A DNA stretch of 25,634 bases, from positions 64,747 through 90,380 of the forward strand of contig JAAFIM010000007.1 in NCBI GenBank assembly GCA_013297745.1. The letters run 5' to 3'. A program made the position numbers and the translations under genes. The stretch's first letter is position 1; every line of letters begins with the position of its first letter. Positions 1 through 9,204 of this stretch are shown here, piece after piece. Origin of the DNA: Chitinophagales bacterium. GTDB lineage: Bacteria; Bacteroidota; Bacteroidia; Chitinophagales; Saprospiraceae. The notes beneath the pieces were generated by a model. That model was given only the letters and a program-made list of their open reading frames with translations, had not been told where the DNA came from and made no database searches.

Positions 1-27
1 TTTTCTGCTGCCTATAGACTTGAAAAA

Positions 28-453
28 ATGCAAGAGGCAGGCAAGACGACATGGGACTTCCCATTTTATAGCGTGGACAGACCCAGCATAAAAGAGTGTC
101 CTGTGCCTATGCCTCAAAAGCCTATGGTAGATGATTTTTCGGGTACAGATTTATATTTTTTGTTGCGCGATACAGATTTACGCATAGATTTTCAGCCTTT
201 GTTAGATAAGTTTGTGAATCACTATTTTAAAGACAAAATAGAAGAAATGGGCGGTAACGATATTATGTTCGTTGTTGGAAATCAGCCTATTGACGGTCCT
301 ATTTTGAACGAGCTTGTGCCTATGTGGGTGTTAGCCTATTACGAGACTATGTACCCAAGTATGCTATTTGAGTTTGGGGCTTTATACAGCAAGTTTATAG
401 ACGAAAAAAGAAAAGAAATACCAGATTTATTTCAGGTGCGCCAGTATGATTAA
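28..453 (+). CDS. hypothetical protein (141 aa). The reading frame is open back to window position 1, so the true start may lie upstream of the window.
   Basis: ORF track; no recognisable motifs. Followed 8 nt downstream by a repeated 26-nt motif. Confidence 0.35.
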   Translation: MQEAGKTTWDFPFYSVDRPSIKECPVPMPQKPMVDDFSGTDLYFLLRDTDLRIDFQPLLDKFVNHYFKDKIEEMGGNDIMFVVGNQPIDGPILNELVPMWVLAYYETMYPSMLFEFGALYSKFIDEKRKEIPDLFQVRQYD

Positions 454-460
454 ACTGCGC

Positions 461-487
461 TGCAGCCAAATTCACAACAAACTGACC
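461..487. repeat. 26-nt motif gca[g/a]CCAAATTCACAACAAAC..accc, copy 1
   Basis: Near-identical to 1689-1714. Both copies sit just downstream of stop codons of small hypothetical ORFs. Confidence 0.6.
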
Positions 488-679
488 CAGTTATCCGCGA
501 TATTGATGCTTGGTTCACAAAGTATTCTGCACGAATAGATAATTTTTCTTTAATCAACACCGTAGGTTTATAATTGAACAAGGCAAAGCTTAAATTCAAC
601 CTGTTTAGTAACTGACCTTTCGCAGTATATTTTTCATTTTTTTTTACAATTAGATTTTTGCAGTTAAATTTTCCTATAT

Positions 680-716
680 GCGCTCAATAGCGTGGGGTTT
701 TATACCCCGCGCGCTG
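680..716 (+). repeat. 35-bp palindromic unit GCGCTCAATAGCGTGGGGTTTTATACCCC(G/A)CGC, copy A
   Basis: Contains internal hairpin GCGTGGGGT-tttat-ACCCCgCGC. Repeated inverted at 766-800 and direct at 25561-25594. Confidence 0.7.
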
Positions 717-765
717 ATAAATATTCTATAAAAAAATAGAAAATATAACATTTTTTACCATTTTT

Positions 766-800
766 GTGCGTGGGGTATAAAACCCCACGCTATTGAGCGC
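766..800 (-). repeat. 35-bp palindromic unit, copy B (inverted orientation)
   Basis: Reverse complement is GCGCTCAATAGCGTGGGGTTTTATACCCCACGCAC. Perfect 8-bp hairpin CGTGGGGT/ACCCCACG. Confidence 0.7.
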
Positions 801-862
801 ACACTGTTATTTTTTTCAATCCACCAAATTTTTTTAACTGCGAAAGGTCAGTTAGTAAAACG

Positions 863-1147
863 GTGGAATATCCTTTTGGCTGGTTGTTTTTTTTTGATAC
901 AATTTTATCAGAAGAAGAACAAGAAAAAATAGGATTGATTTATTTTGCATTATCAAATAAATATCCAACTCTAATAGATAAGCACACAGGTTCTCTGGAG
1001 TCTTTTAATGTCTATTATGAGCCGCCTTATCATTCCAATAAACATATTAAGGAACACGCACTTAAAAATGGTTACGAATGGAAAACAGCGTGGGAAGTGG
1101 AGTTTGATATGAACGATAAAAGCGTCTCATATTTAAAATTTGAATGA
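863..1147 (+). CDS. hypothetical small protein (94 aa, GTG start immediately after the right arm of the palindromic element)
   Basis: ORF track. There is no internal ATG until near the C-terminus, so the GTG start is required. No recognisable motifs. Confidence 0.3.
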   Translation: MEYPFGWLFFFDTILSEEEQEKIGLIYFALSNKYPTLIDKHTGSLESFNVYYEPPYHSNKHIKEHALKNGYEWKTAWEVEFDMNDKSVSYLKFE

Positions 1148-1154
1148 TTATATT

Positions 1155-1658
1155 ATGCAGCCCAAAATAAACGCCGAAAATTTGCTACAGCTTATGCAAA
1201 ATGATGATTGGCGCAAAGAACTGAAAAAAGGTTATGAAGAGAATGAGCCTTATTATGAGTTTGGGATATTGCCGCTTACACTTCCGTACCAAAGCGAACA
1301 AGGTTTTTTATTGTTGCTTAATCACCATTTGGAAATTTATTTTACGTCAGTACCTATCAATAAAGGCGATATGTTGGTTTGTCCCAATGATAATAAAGTA
1401 GGTAAAAAAGAAGAAATTATAACTACAAAAAGCCGTCCAATTACGATTTATTATCTTTCCCAACAAGAATGGCAAATTTGTTGCGCTGAAGCCGCCCAAA
1501 TACGGAAAGATTATGAACAAATTAGAGATGGTTTCTTTCTGAGTATTCCAAATAAATGGTATGAACAGACTTTTATTATCAATTTTGTTAATGAACATTT
1601 TGATGTTATACCAAGACCAGTAAAAAGTCATTTTCCTTATGGCTCAATGGAAAATTGA
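1155..1658 (+). CDS. hypothetical protein (~167 aa from ATG 1155; the ORF track begins at TTG 1140)
   Basis: ORF track. Closely follows 863..1147, suggesting co-transcription. No recognisable motifs. Confidence 0.35.
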   Translation: MQPKINAENLLQLMQNDDWRKELKKGYEENEPYYEFGILPLTLPYQSEQGFLLLLNHHLEIYFTSVPINKGDMLVCPNDNKVGKKEEIITTKSRPITIYYLSQQEWQICCAEAAQIRKDYEQIRDGFFLSIPNKWYEQTFIINFVNEHFDVIPRPVKSHFPYGSMEN

Positions 1659-1688
1659 TTATCAAATGCCATTTACTAAGTGGGCTTT

Positions 1689-1714
1689 TGCAACCAAATT
1701 CACAACAAACAACC
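1689..1714. repeat. 26-nt motif gcaaCCAAATTCACAACAAACaaccc, copy 2
   Basis: Matches 461-487 at 21 of 22 core positions. Lies 31 nt after the stop of the 1155..1658 ORF. Confidence 0.6.
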
Positions 1715-1748
1715 CTTTTCATATTTTAAATAAATAAAACAGCTTACA

Positions 1749-3443
1749 ATGGAAAAAATTTGGCTTAAAAGTTATCCCGATGCTGTGCCTGCTGAGATAG
1801 ATTTTGGCAATCGGCAGTCGCTTATCAACGAAATTGATGTATATTTGAAAAAATATGCCAATTTGCCCGCTTACGAGTGTATGGGTAAAACGTTGACTTA
1901 TAAAGAAGTAGATGAAAAATCTATGCACTTTGCCGCTTATTTGCAATCTCGCGGGCTAAAAACAGGCGACCGCGTGGCGATTATGTCCATCAACATTTTG
2001 CAATATCCTATCGCTCTGTTCGGTATTCTCCGCGCTGGGCTGATAGTGGTCAATACTAATCCATTATACACAGCCCGTGAGATTGAACACCAGTTCAAAG
2101 ATGCTGGAGTGAAAGCGGTTTTGGTGTTGGAAAATTTCGCTGCTGAGTTGGAAAAAGCGCTGCAACACTGCAAAGTGGATTTTGTGATGCTGACTTCTAT
2201 AGGCGAAATGTTGGGATTTCTAAAAGGTATGATAACCAATTTTGTCGTCCGCACGGTCAAAAAAATGGTTCCAGCCTACAAGTTATCCAACACGGTAACT
2301 TTTTCTCAAGCACTCGCTGCTGGTAGCAAATTAAAAGCCAAAGTTCACACCACAGGGCAATTAGATGATACGATTTGCATCCAATACACAGGCGGCACTA
2401 CAGGCGTAGCCAAAGGGGCAGAATTGACCAATCGCAATCTTATCGCCAATATGTTGCAGGTGTCGGCTTGGTTGGGTTCTTCTGGTATGATACAAATGGG
2501 AAAAGAGCGGATGCTAACCCCGTTGCCTATGTACCATATTTTCTCTTTCACGGTTAATTGTTTATGTATGGCGAGTTTTGGGGCTAAAAGTATCTTAGTG
2601 CCTAATCCCCGCGACCAAAAAGCCTTAGTGGGCTTTATCCGCAATTGCCAGCCAACGCTGATGACGGGCGTTAATACCTTGTTTAAAGCTTTGTTGGATA
2701 ATCCCGAATTTACCGCTTTGGATTTTAAATCTATGGGGCTGAAAATGGCTGTAGGTGGTGCTATGGCTATCCAAAAACCTGTAGCTGAACGTTGGAAACA
2801 GGTTGTGGGCATTCCCCTAACTGAAGGTTTTGGTATGACTGAATCTTCTCCTGTGGCTTGTGTCAATCGCTTGGATACGCCCCAAATTGGTACTATAGGT
2901 TTGCCTGTGCCTTCTACTTTGGTGCGGATTATGGATATTGATACAGACCAAGAAGTGCCTTTCGGAGAGCGGGGAGAAATCCAAATTTTTGGACCACAAG
3001 TGATGAAAGGTTATTACAACCGCCCCGATGAAACCGCCAAAACTATCACAGCAGACGGTTGGTTGCGCACGGGCGATATTGGTATAATGAACGAACAGGG
3101 CTTTACGAGCATCGTGGATAGGCTTAAAAATATGATTTTAGTTTCTGGGTTTAATGTTTATCCCAACGAAATTGAAGATGTTTTGGCGGCTCACCCCAAA
3201 ATAGCTGAAGCTGCTGCTATAGGCGTTCCCGACGAAAAATCGGGCGAGGCGATTAAAATTTTTGTGGTGAAAAAAGACCCCAGCCTAACCGAAGAAGAGG
3301 TCAAAGCTTTCGCAGCCGAACACCTCACAGGCTACAAAAAACCGCGCTACATAGAGTTTAGAACAGAAGTTCCCAAAACCCCAGTGGGCAAAATTCTACA
3401 CCGCCAGTTGAGAGACGAAGAGATGGCGAAAAGGAATAAATAA
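1749..3443 (+). CDS. fadD: long-chain fatty-acid--CoA ligase (AMP-binding adenylate-forming enzyme)
   Basis: AMP-binding signature YTGGTTGVAKGAELTNRN, downstream LRTGDIG and PKTPVGKILHRQL motifs. Length 564 aa is typical. Confidence 0.9.
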   Translation: MEKIWLKSYPDAVPAEIDFGNRQSLINEIDVYLKKYANLPAYECMGKTLTYKEVDEKSMHFAAYLQSRGLKTGDRVAIMSINILQYPIALFGILRAGLIVVNTNPLYTAREIEHQFKDAGVKAVLVLENFAAELEKALQHCKVDFVMLTSIGEMLGFLKGMITNFVVRTVKKMVPAYKLSNTVTFSQALAAGSKLKAKVHTTGQLDDTICIQYTGGTTGVAKGAELTNRNLIANMLQVSAWLGSSGMIQMGKERMLTPLPMYHIFSFTVNCLCMASFGAKSILVPNPRDQKALVGFIRNCQPTLMTGVNTLFKALLDNPEFTALDFKSMGLKMAVGGAMAIQKPVAERWKQVVGIPLTEGFGMTESSPVACVNRLDTPQIGTIGLPVPSTLVRIMDIDTDQEVPFGERGEIQIFGPQVMKGYYNRPDETAKTITADGWLRTGDIGIMNEQGFTSIVDRLKNMILVSGFNVYPNEIEDVLAAHPKIAEAAAIGVPDEKSGEAIKIFVVKKDPSLTEEEVKAFAAEHLTGYKKPRYIEFRTEVPKTPVGKILHRQLRDEEMAKRNK

Positions 3444-3455
3444 ACTTTTACAACT

Positions 3456-3500
3456 TTATCAAGAACTGCATTCTACAAAGGGTGCAGTTTTTGTTTTTAA
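3456..3500 (+). terminator. rho-independent terminator after fadD
   Basis: Hairpin AACTGCA-(12-nt loop)-TGCAGTT at 3464-3489, followed by TTTTTGTTTTT. Confidence 0.5.
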
Positions 3501-3529
3501 AAACAAACTTTCATCAATATAAATATCTT

Positions 3530-4069
3530 ATGGAATACTACGACAGAGAAAAAGTGCTATATCTAGCTGACCCTTTTAGACGTTGCGGCGTGGATGCCAT
3601 AAAAGAGCATAATCTAAAAGCAAAATTGTTACCAGAAACAGAGGCTGCATCGCTAATACAGGAGATAATCCTTAAATTTACTGATAAGAAACACTACCCC
3701 TCGCTACTTTGGGAACAAATTTGCCGTAGCCAATTATGGTGTCAAGACCCTAACAAAGCTTATGCTAAAAACATAACATTTGATGAGGTATTCAACATTA
3801 ATGAATATGAATGGTTGGCTTCATTTTATGCGGAACCTCCTTTTATTTTATGGTCATCATATAATTGGATTAAGACAGTATTTGTTTGTGAAGATGTATT
3901 TTTTTTGATAAAAATAATGGAAGCAACTTGCACAAGTGAGCTTTATATTAGTAATTACAACACTGACTTTATTATTACTTTGCACGATAAGAGATACCTA
4001 AGTGCTTACGGGCAAGTAGCTATTGATTGGTTGCAAGGCCACATAGACGAATACAACAAGACAAAATAA
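3530..4069 (+). CDS. hypothetical protein (~179 aa from ATG 3530; the ORF-track GTG start at 3482 overlaps the fadD terminator and is less likely)
   Basis: ORF track. Trp/Tyr-rich. No recognisable family motif. Confidence 0.4.
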   Translation: MEYYDREKVLYLADPFRRCGVDAIKEHNLKAKLLPETEAASLIQEIILKFTDKKHYPSLLWEQICRSQLWCQDPNKAYAKNITFDEVFNINEYEWLASFYAEPPFILWSSYNWIKTVFVCEDVFFLIKIMEATCTSELYISNYNTDFIITLHDKRYLSAYGQVAIDWLQGHIDEYNKTK

Positions 4070-4156
4070 GTATTTCATCATTTTAGCCGTTAAAGTTGCG
4101 CATACAAGAATAAACTTTTGCCTATTTTGCTTGTTTTGATAGAAATTGTAAAAAAA

Positions 4157-4606
4157 ATGAGAACATTTAGTATTGTTACTGAAGTAGAGCAGGATTTTGA
4201 AACCGTCTTTGCGGGCTTTACCCAAGAATTATTTTTGAAACTTGCGCCCCCGCTCACTCAAGTGCGTTTGCAGCGTTTTGACGGCTGTGCTGTGGGCGAT
4301 AGGGTAGAGTTGGAGTTGAAAATGTTATTTTTTATCCGTCAGCGTTGGAATAGCTTAATCACCGATTTTCACCAGAGCGAGGAAATGATTTATTTTATAG
4401 ATGAAGCGGAGGGGAAAGATTTGCCTTTTTTCTTATCCAAGTGGAGACATAAACACCACATCGTTAAAACCGATAACGGGGCAAAAATTATAGATGAAAT
4501 TAGCTACAAAGCACCTTTTGGGCTGAATTTATTATTATATCCCGTGTTGTATGCTCAATTTTTGTACAGACGACCCATTTATAAACAAACTTTTAGCAAA
4601 AAATGA
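4157..4606 (+). CDS. hypothetical protein (~149 aa from ATG 4157; ORF-track TTG start at 4118). Its stop overlaps the aroC start (ATGA).
   Basis: ORF track. The ATGA overlap with aroC suggests translational coupling. No confident family assignment. Confidence 0.45.
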   Translation: MRTFSIVTEVEQDFETVFAGFTQELFLKLAPPLTQVRLQRFDGCAVGDRVELELKMLFFIRQRWNSLITDFHQSEEMIYFIDEAEGKDLPFFLSKWRHKHHIVKTDNGAKIIDEISYKAPFGLNLLLYPVLYAQFLYRRPIYKQTFSKK

Positions 4607-5718
4607 ACCACACAGGGCAATTGTTTAGAGTTTCCACCTTTGGCGAATCGCACGGGGCTGGCATTGGTGCTTTAGTCGATGGTTTGCCCGCTGGGGTTTT
4701 TATAGATTTGGAATTTATCCGCCAAGAGATGCAAAGGCGCAAACCTGGCCAATCGGCTATTGTTACCCAAAGAACCGAAGAGGACGAAGTGCAGATTTTA
4801 TCTGGAGTTTTTGAACAATACAGCACGGGCGCGCCTATAGCTTTGTGGATAGCCAACCAAGACGCCAAGTCAAAAGATTACAGCCATTTGAAAGATACTT
4901 TTAGACCCTCGCACGCGGATTTTACCTATCATCAAAAATACAAAGGTTTTCGCGATTATCAAGGCGGCGGGCGAGCATCTGCGCGAGAGACGGCGGCGCG
5001 GGTTGCAGCAGGGGCTTTGGCTAAGTTGTGGCTTAATCAATTCGGGGTACAAATCAAGGCTTATACCTCGCAAATTGGGCATATTGGATTAACTTATCCC
5101 TGCCCTGAAGCGGAGGCGTTATTATTCGCTGCTGGCTATCAAGAACACATAACTCGTTGCCCAATTGCAGAAAAAGGGGATGAGATGGAACTTTTTATCA
5201 AAAAAATTCGTAAAGAGGGCGACACTGTGGGCGGGTTGATAACTTGTGTGGTCAAAAATGTGCCTGTAGGTTGGGGCGAACCCGTTTTTGGCAAATTACA
5301 CGCCGAGTTGGGCAAGGCGATTTTAAACATTCACGCCTGCAAAGGGTTTGAATACGGTAGCGGTTTTGCTGGAGTAGCAATGCGCGGAAGCCAACACAAC
5401 GATATTCTAACCACCCAAAGTGGAAAAATTAGCACCCAAACCAACCATTCGGGCGGTATTCAGGGGGGAATTAGCAACGGCGAGGATATTTATTTTAGGG
5501 CGGCGTTCAAACCCGTAGCGACTATTCTACAACCGCAAAATTCTATCAATACCCAATCTCAACCCGTAACTGTAGCGGGCAAAGGGCGACACGACCCCTG
5601 CGTAATTCCCCGCGCTGTGCCTATAGTGGAAGCGGCGACAGCTATGGTTTTGGCGGATATGAGCCTACTTTTTTTGTCCCAACAACAGCATTTTTATCCC
5701 AATAAAGCAACTAATTAG
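4603..5718 (+). CDS. aroC: chorismate synthase
   Basis: N-terminus [24 protein letters not shown] and downstream [25 protein letters not shown] and GRHDPCV motifs are characteristic of AroC. Confidence 0.93.
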   Translation: MNHTGQLFRVSTFGESHGAGIGALVDGLPAGVFIDLEFIRQEMQRRKPGQSAIVTQRTEEDEVQILSGVFEQYSTGAPIALWIANQDAKSKDYSHLKDTFRPSHADFTYHQKYKGFRDYQGGGRASARETAARVAAGALAKLWLNQFGVQIKAYTSQIGHIGLTYPCPEAEALLFAAGYQEHITRCPIAEKGDEMELFIKKIRKEGDTVGGLITCVVKNVPVGWGEPVFGKLHAELGKAILNIHACKGFEYGSGFAGVAMRGSQHNDILTTQSGKISTQTNHSGGIQGGISNGEDIYFRAAFKPVATILQPQNSINTQSQPVTVAGKGRHDPCVIPRAVPIVEAATAMVLADMSLLFLSQQQHFYPNKATN

Positions 5719-5784
5719 CTAAAAAAGACTACTTTTGCCCCGTTTATACCAAAATAATCAAAAACAATACTTTTTTATACCAAA

Positions 5785-6918
5785 ATGGCCAACAATAATA
5801 AACCAAAACACAATTATATTTTTTACGGAACTCGCACCAACGCCTCCGAAGTGGAGAAAATGCTCGCGCACGTGTTCCAATCTAACGAAACTGCCATATC
5901 CAAAGGGCTAAAACAAACCCCCGTTTGTATTTGGGGGAGACACGGTATAGGAAAAACCGATTTGGTGGAGAAATTTGCTATCGAAAACGGTTATAAATGG
6001 GAATATATTGCCCCTGCTCAGTTTGAAGAAATGGGCGACTTGGTGGGTATGCCTCAAGTTACGAAAGATGAAGAGGGCAACACCATCACCCGCTTTATGC
6101 CCCCGTCTTGGGTGCCTACTGAAGAAGCGAAAGGGATTTTGTTGATAGACGACGTCAATCGCGCTGATGACCGCATCTTGCGCGGGATTATGCAATTGAT
6201 ACAAAATTATGAGCTGGTGAGTTGGTCTTTACCCAAAGGCTGGCAGATTATCCTGACCGCTAACCCCGACGGCGGCGACTATTCGGTTACGCCTATGGAC
6301 GATGCGATGCTGACCCGTATGATGCACGTAACGATGGAATTTGATGTCAAAGAGTGGGCAAAATGGGCTGAGCGCAAAAATATAGACCAACGCGGTATCA
6401 ACTTTGTGCTGACTTATCCCGAAGTGGTAACGGGCGACCGCACCACCCCGCGCACATTGACCCAATTTTTCAACGCCATCGCTTCTATCAAAGATTTGGA
6501 AAAAGAGTTGGGCTTGGTGCAATTATTGGGCGATTCTTGCTTGGACACTAGCACAGTTACGGCTTTTATCAACTTTGTGAATAGCAATTTGAACAAATTG
6601 ATTGCACCTGAAGAGATTGTAAACGCTAAAGATTTCAAAGCGCAGGTTTTTGAGCCGCTCAAAACGATGGCACAGCGCGGTTCTACCCTCCGAGTGGATA
6701 TTTTGGCTACACTTTGCACCCGTTTGGTCAATTATTTGGTGGTTAATAACATCAAACCGGATAAAGAGCAGATTCAAAACATCAAATCTTTTATCAAAAT
6801 AGACTTTTTACCCAACGATATTCGCTTGGCTATGGCTCAAGATATAGTTTCTAGTAGCAATCTAAAGTTAATTATGGCAGACCCAGAAATTGGCAAATTA
6901 TTGTTGAACAGAATGTAA
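5785..6918 (+). CDS. AAA+ ATPase, AAA_5/MoxR-like subfamily
   Basis: Walker A GRHGIGKTDL. Walker B plus downstream region ILLIDDVNRADDRILRGIMQLIQNYEL resembles the MoxR/CbbQ pattern (LLxDEINRA...). Sensor-like QIILTANP. The ~180-aa C-terminal extension was not recognised. Confidence 0.6.
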   Translation: MANNNKPKHNYIFYGTRTNASEVEKMLAHVFQSNETAISKGLKQTPVCIWGRHGIGKTDLVEKFAIENGYKWEYIAPAQFEEMGDLVGMPQVTKDEEGNTITRFMPPSWVPTEEAKGILLIDDVNRADDRILRGIMQLIQNYELVSWSLPKGWQIILTANPDGGDYSVTPMDDAMLTRMMHVTMEFDVKEWAKWAERKNIDQRGINFVLTYPEVVTGDRTTPRTLTQFFNAIASIKDLEKELGLVQLLGDSCLDTSTVTAFINFVNSNLNKLIAPEEIVNAKDFKAQVFEPLKTMAQRGSTLRVDILATLCTRLVNYLVVNNIKPDKEQIQNIKSFIKIDFLPNDIRLAMAQDIVSSSNLKLIMADPEIGKLLLNRM

Positions 6919-6977
6919 ATATGGTAAAAAAAAGCCCTGTAGTTGTTTTCTTATAATTTCTAAACTTTTTTTGTTCT

Positions 6978-7748
6978 ATGCATTTAACCCATTTTGTAAA
7001 ATTAACTGCTTTAAGTTTGTTAATTGTTGCCTGTCAATCTAAAAACAACAACAATAATCCTAATCCCAGCAGCAATTCCAACGTTTCGACCGCGCCCGCG
7101 CCTACAGTAGCTGCTGCCGCCATTACGTTTAAAACGCAAAAATTTACCGCCAAAAAGAAAGAAAATACAGCAGATTACGAAGTTGATTTGGTGAATGAAA
7201 GCCACGAGTTGGGCAAATTTATCAACCAAACCATTTGCAAAACCCTCAGCGCGGATAAAATGAATTGCGATTATCAAAAATTAGCCAACGAGTACGTAAA
7301 AGGCGATAACGAGGGGTTTAGAATGGAAACTATGCAAACGGCTAAAATTGCTTTCGCGGGCAAACGGATAATTAGCATAGCCACTACTTGGTGGGAATAC
7401 GCGGGCGGCGCGCACGGGATGGGTTCAGGCGGACATATTAATATAGACGGGGTTAATCTCAAAGTTTTGGGGATAAAAGATATGGTTAAAGATATGGAGG
7501 GGCTGAAAAAATTAATCTATCCCGAACTGAAAAAAGCATACACGGCAGAAATTGGGGGCGAGTTGGATATGCCAATAAACGATGTGGGCGAATTTGACGA
7601 TATTAGCCTCGATAAAACTTCAGTTTCTTTCAATTATAGCAGTTTGGCGCAACTTCTTGGGGGCGGAAATATGGATATACAGCAAGATTTGTGGGTAAGT
7701 TTGCCCATAGCCACAGCGCAGCCATTTTTTAACCTGCCTTTGGAATAG
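6978..7748 (+). CDS. lipoprotein, probable DUF3298/DUF4163 (RsiV-like) domain protein
   Basis: Lipoprotein signal with lipobox LIVAC. Low-complexity N/S/A linker. The WWEYAGGAHGMGSGG motif resembles the conserved GGAHG of DUF3298. Confidence 0.5.
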   Translation: MHLTHFVKLTALSLLIVACQSKNNNNNPNPSSNSNVSTAPAPTVAAAAITFKTQKFTAKKKENTADYEVDLVNESHELGKFINQTICKTLSADKMNCDYQKLANEYVKGDNEGFRMETMQTAKIAFAGKRIISIATTWWEYAGGAHGMGSGGHINIDGVNLKVLGIKDMVKDMEGLKKLIYPELKKAYTAEIGGELDMPINDVGEFDDISLDKTSVSFNYSSLAQLLGGGNMDIQQDLWVSLPIATAQPFFNLPLE

Positions 7749-7799
7749 CTAAAAATAAGCATAAAAAAACCAGCTTTGCGTGTTGCAGAGCTGGTTTTT
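7746..7799. repeat. direct repeat copy A (54 nt) spanning the stop codon of the DUF3298-like gene and its terminator hairpin
   Basis: TAGCTAAAAATAAGCATAAAAAAACCAGCTTTGCGTGTTGCAGAGCTGGTTTTT is near-identical to 9798-9853 (2 substitutions, 2 single-nt indels). Confidence 0.8.
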
Positions 7800-7810
7800 G
7801 TGTTTTTATT
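7764..7810 (+). terminator. rho-independent terminator (hairpin CCAGCTTTGCG/TGTTGCAGAGCTGG followed by a T-run)
   Basis: GC-rich stem with one G-U wobble, A-run before and TTTTTGTGTTTTT after. Confidence 0.7.
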
Positions 7811-7881
7811 CGTGTTTAAAATATCGTTGCTATCTTTTTTCTTATCTTTGCGCCAATTTCTAATTCAAGACTATATTTTTT

Positions 7882-9204
7882 ATGAAAATAACTAAAATTC
7901 ATCTGCAAAACATAGGCGTTTTTGAAGATACGACTATAGAATTTCCCAGCCACCACGAGGGCGAAAATGGTACGGATATTCATATTTTTACGGGCGAAAA
8001 TGGTAGCGGGAAAAGTACGCTATTGTTGGCGTTGATAAGTAGTTTTTTGCCAAATCACTTATCCTTTAACAATAGTCAACCGCCTAATAATACAACTTTA
8101 TATTTTTTGCAGCAAAGATTAAGGGTAAGTGGTGATAAAATAATAAATAAGATAAAAACTACTTTTAGTGTTGATGATAGAGAAGAGTTGAATAGTTTTG
8201 AAGGACAGTCAAACTCTAAAACTTTTATTAATAATAACGACTTGCCAAAACTTAAGTTGTACCACAAAATAAACAGTGGGTCTAGTATTCTAGATGAAAA
8301 TTTAATGTATGCGGTCTTTATTTACTCTGGACATAGAGCGATAATTGATTATAATTTTAATCCAAATATTGAGCTACATCCATTACACAACGGCACCAAT
8401 CTAATCAAACAAACTACTGCTAAACAATTCTTTAAGTTTGTAAAAGAGCAGATAGTAAAATCGCTTTGGGCAGAAAGAAAGGGAGATGTGCAGCGCGTAG
8501 AGAGTGTAAATTTGGCACTTAACGCAGTAAAGGAATTTATAAAAGAGGTTACTAATTTAAGTGTAGAGTTTGAATTGGATGCGGATGATACGGAAAAGGT
8601 ATTGCTGTTGGTGTCTGGGCAAGTAGTAAATTACGATGCTTTGCCTGACGGGTTGCGCTCGTTGATGAGTTGGATAGCTGACTTATTATGGCGTTTGGAT
8701 AGGTGCAAGTGGGAAAATAATACGCCATTATTGGAGCGTAGAGTGTTATTGTTTTTGGATGAAATAGAAGTGCATTTACACCCAAGTTGGCAGCGTAAAG
8801 TATTGCCTGCGGTGAAAAAATTGTTTAAAAATGCTCAAGTGTTTATCTCTACGCACTCGCCTTTTGTGGTTAATTCTATAGATGGGGCTTTTGTGCATAG
8901 GATAGAATTGGAGGGAAAAAATGCCAAAGTCTTGCCCGCTGTGCAGTCGAATAATGCTACCAATATACAAACTGTGTTGAGGGAAATTTTTGGCGTTTCT
9001 GAAGAGTTTGGATTAGAAGTTAGCGAAAAGCTTAACAAATTTATTCAGATTAAAAACGACATTTTCGCTAAAAAAGAGTATGATAAACCTTATTTTTTGG
9101 AATTAGCCAAATCTTTAATAAAAGAAGGCGAAGAATTAGAGTTAATCGTTGCGTTTGAATTGCGACAATTGAGTAAAGTGCTTAAAGAAGATTTTGCGCT
9201 ATGA
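7882..9204 (+). CDS. ptuA: ABC/SMC-like ATPase (AAA_15/AAA_21 type), Septu PtuA-like
   Basis: N-terminal IHLQNIGVF...IFTGENGSGKSTLLLAL (Walker A). C-terminal LLFLDEIEVHLHP (Walker B/D-loop) and ISTHSPFVV (H-loop). Stop overlaps the start of the HNH gene (ATGA). Confidence 0.6.
   Translation: MKITKIHLQNIGVFEDTTIEFPSHHEGENGTDIHIFTGENGSGKSTLLLALISSFLPNHLSFNNSQPPNNTTLYFLQQRLRVSGDKIINKIKTTFSVDDREELNSFEGQSNSKTFINNNDLPKLKLYHKINSGSSILDENLMYAVFIYSGHRAIIDYNFNPNIELHPLHNGTNLIKQTTAKQFFKFVKEQIVKSLWAERKGDVQRVESVNLALNAVKEFIKEVTNLSVEFELDADDTEKVLLLVSGQVVNYDALPDGLRSLMSWIADLLWRLDRCKWENNTPLLERRVLLFLDEIEVHLHPSWQRKVLPAVKKLFKNAQVFISTHSPFVVNSIDGAFVHRIELEGKNAKVLPAVQSNNATNIQTVLREIFGVSEEFGLEVSEKLNKFIQIKNDIFAKKEYDKPYFLELAKSLIKEGEELELIVAFELRQLSKVLKEDFAL

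Larger units (their letters stand above)
604..860. mobile_element. MITE-like composite palindromic element (~257 bp). It has no coding capacity.
   Basis: Outer inverted arms tttagTAACTGACCTTTCGCAG (604-625) and CTGCGAAAGGTCAGTTAgtaaaa (838-860) share a perfect 17-nt core. Inner inverted pair of a 35-bp unit at 680-716 and 766-800 around an AT-rich spacer. Partial extra palindromy occurs between them (cagttaaa motifs). Confidence 0.45.

Noticed and set aside
1937-2866. Minus-strand ORFs (1937-2260, 2345-2866) and a plus-strand ORF (2375-2557) inside fadD
   Set aside because: They lie entirely within, or antisense to, a confidently assigned AMP-binding ligase gene. Their composition looks like frame-shadow ORFs.
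3482-3529. GTG start at 3482 for the 195-aa ORF
   Set aside because: It overlaps the fadD terminator hairpin and T-run. An in-frame ATG at 3530 gives a more plausible start.
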